A DNA stretch of 63,658 bases, counting the filler, from Octopus bimaculoides (Eukaryota), in assembly GCF_001194135.2 (NCBI RefSeq). It is 5 parts of 5 records of this genome, joined end to end, with 100 filler letters (N's around TTAATTAATTAA, not from the genome) between each part and the next. Parts side by side here need not be neighbours in the genome. Positions count along the whole stretch, not along the records: positions 59,373 to 62,081 come from NC_068989.1; positions 62,182 to 63,658 come from NW_026406676.1; 3 more parts are not named here. One strand, 5' to 3'. This document shows, one piece after another, positions 62,077-63,658 of the stretch. Below the pieces are notes generated by a model. The model ran no database searches. It was not told the origin of the DNA and saw only the letters and a program-made list of their open reading frames with translations. Position 1 is the first letter of the stretch. Each line of letters starts with the position of its first letter. A program made the translations under genes and the position numbers.

Positions 62077-62081
62077 GTGAT
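61947..62081. repeat. (ATG)n microsatellite
   Basis: Directly visible; source of the poly-Met ORF. Confidence 0.95.
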
Positions 62082-62181
62082 NNNNNNNNNNNNNNNNNNN
62101 NNNNNNNNNNNNNNNNNNNNNNNNNTTAATTAATTAANNNNNNNNNNNNNNNNNNNNNNNNNNNNNNNNNNNNNNNNNNNN
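62082..62181. other. Assembly join: 44 N + TTAATTAATTAA + 44 N
   Basis: Linker at 62126-37. Confidence 0.95.
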
Positions 62182-62596
62182 TAAACATGACGTCTTTATT
62201 ACAAAAGTTCAATATTTTTTCTGTTATCTTTGAGAGAAATGTAAGTATGATTGATTTCTTATTGATTCGCGAATCAGTTGCTTCTATGATTGAATGATTA
62301 ATTGGGAGAAAGTTGCTCGAACTAAACCTATTTCTCAAAATTCTATGGAATGTATTATTATTCTTTATTCAGATTGCTGAGCAAACGTGTGGTCTCTGTC
62401 AGACTTGTTAGACAATATACCGTTCCCAAAAGAAAAAAAAGATAAAGGAAAAAGACACTAAAGAAAAATGTAATTGAGCCCTCGATGAAATATATTTTAT
62501 CACTGATATACGATTTGTTTCTAACCAATATGGCTTTTAGTTTGGTAAATATCTTGGAGGTAGGAGAAAACAGCGATATATATATATGTGTATATA

Positions 62597-62823
62597 CTCT
62601 CTTTTACTCTTTTACTTGTTTCAGTCATTTGACTGCAGCCATGCTGGAGGACCGCAAATCAACTCCAGGACTTACTCTTTGTAAGCCTAGTACTTATACT
62701 ATCGATCTCTCTTGCCGAACCGCTAGGTGAAGGGGACATAAGAACACCAGCATCGGTTGTCAAGCAATGCTAAGGGGACAAACACAGACACACAAACACA
62801 CACGCACAAACATACACACACAC

Positions 62824-62907
<84 letters not shown>

Positions 62908-63070
62908 GATGGACTTCTTTCAGTTTCCGTCTACCAAACCCACTCACAAGGCTTTGGTCGGCCCGAGGCTGTAGTAGAAGACACTTGCCCAAGATGCCAC
63001 GCAGTGGGATTGAACCCGGAACCATGTGGTTGGTAAGCAAGCTACTTACCACACAGCCATTCCTACGCCT
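62597..63070 (-). mobile_element. SINE family A, full length
   Basis: Reverse complement of the family A head, body, internal CA/TA tract and tail; CpGs largely intact. Confidence 0.92.
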
Positions 63071-63658
63071 ATATATATATATGGAACCGTAACTTTGCGA
63101 TTATGTTTGTTAGTCGCTTGTTGCTACTTCGTATTTACGTCCTTCTCCACACGTTTTTTTTTCTTCTTTCTCCAGTACTTTCTATTCAATTAATGGCAAA
63201 CTAAAAAATCGCACATTTTCTTAATTTAGTCGCGTAATATTTCTAAATGTCTAAACGAAGTAACAACATTTATCAATCTGTGTAATGTGTATGCAATGAT
63301 GTACAGCCATTACTCATGGTGAATTATGTGTTCCCCATGTTTTTTCTAAAAAAGATAAATAAGGATATATATAATCTCTGTATACTACTGTCCTTAAGTT
63401 TCAATTAAAGTTACTGTCTAACCATAAAGGTTCCAAATGATTTCGGTCTAATTTCAAGTCTTGGTTTTAGGTCAACATAAGTGTATCGTGAGAATCGTTT
63501 GTCCAATATACATACATACATACATTCCATACCATACATAAATACATACATACATACATACATACCATACCATACATGCATACATACATACATAATACAT
63601 ACATACAAACATACATAAATACCTACATACACACATCCATACATACGTACATCCATAC

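Noticed and set aside
62182-62246. SLREI|GTAAGT resembling the end of an LRR exon
   Set aside because: That frame has TAA and TGA at 62182-62190, incompatible with a 72-bp LRR exon, and there is no good acceptor.

Overview
This is eukaryotic, AT-rich, gapped draft-assembly DNA with about a quarter N (estimated by eye) and dense microsatellites. The SINE/LINE content resembles octopus DNA, possibly Octopus bimaculoides; this is inferred from recalled repeat families, not from a search. No prokaryotic genes, CRISPR arrays, rRNAs or true tRNAs were found. Most long ORFs in the track are microsatellite or N artefacts. Two host-gene pieces lie on the + strand. (1) Two phase-compatible exons (27482-27604, 28557-28642, polyA signal 28694) encode a 6-Cys VWC/pacifastin-like module plus a short charged tail. 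(2) An ATG exon (48793-49000) encodes a signal peptide plus LRRNT cap, with a candidate untranslated exon 1 ending at 43175. The rest is transposon debris: mariner, maT, pogo/Tigger, Gypsy gag, RTE LINE pieces, an RLE-type LINE tail, Penelope-like ends, several tRNA-derived SINE families and MITEs. The most notable hidden signals are a set of minimal hammerhead-ribozyme-like motifs in Penelope-like repeats, a 351-bp MITE with AG...CT ends and a 6-bp TSD, a mariner derivative made of two inverted 5' ends, inverted SINEs flanking the LRR ATG exon, and a CpG-eroded block. Four identical 44N-TTAATTAATTAA-44N joins are assembly artefacts, so linkage across them is unproven.
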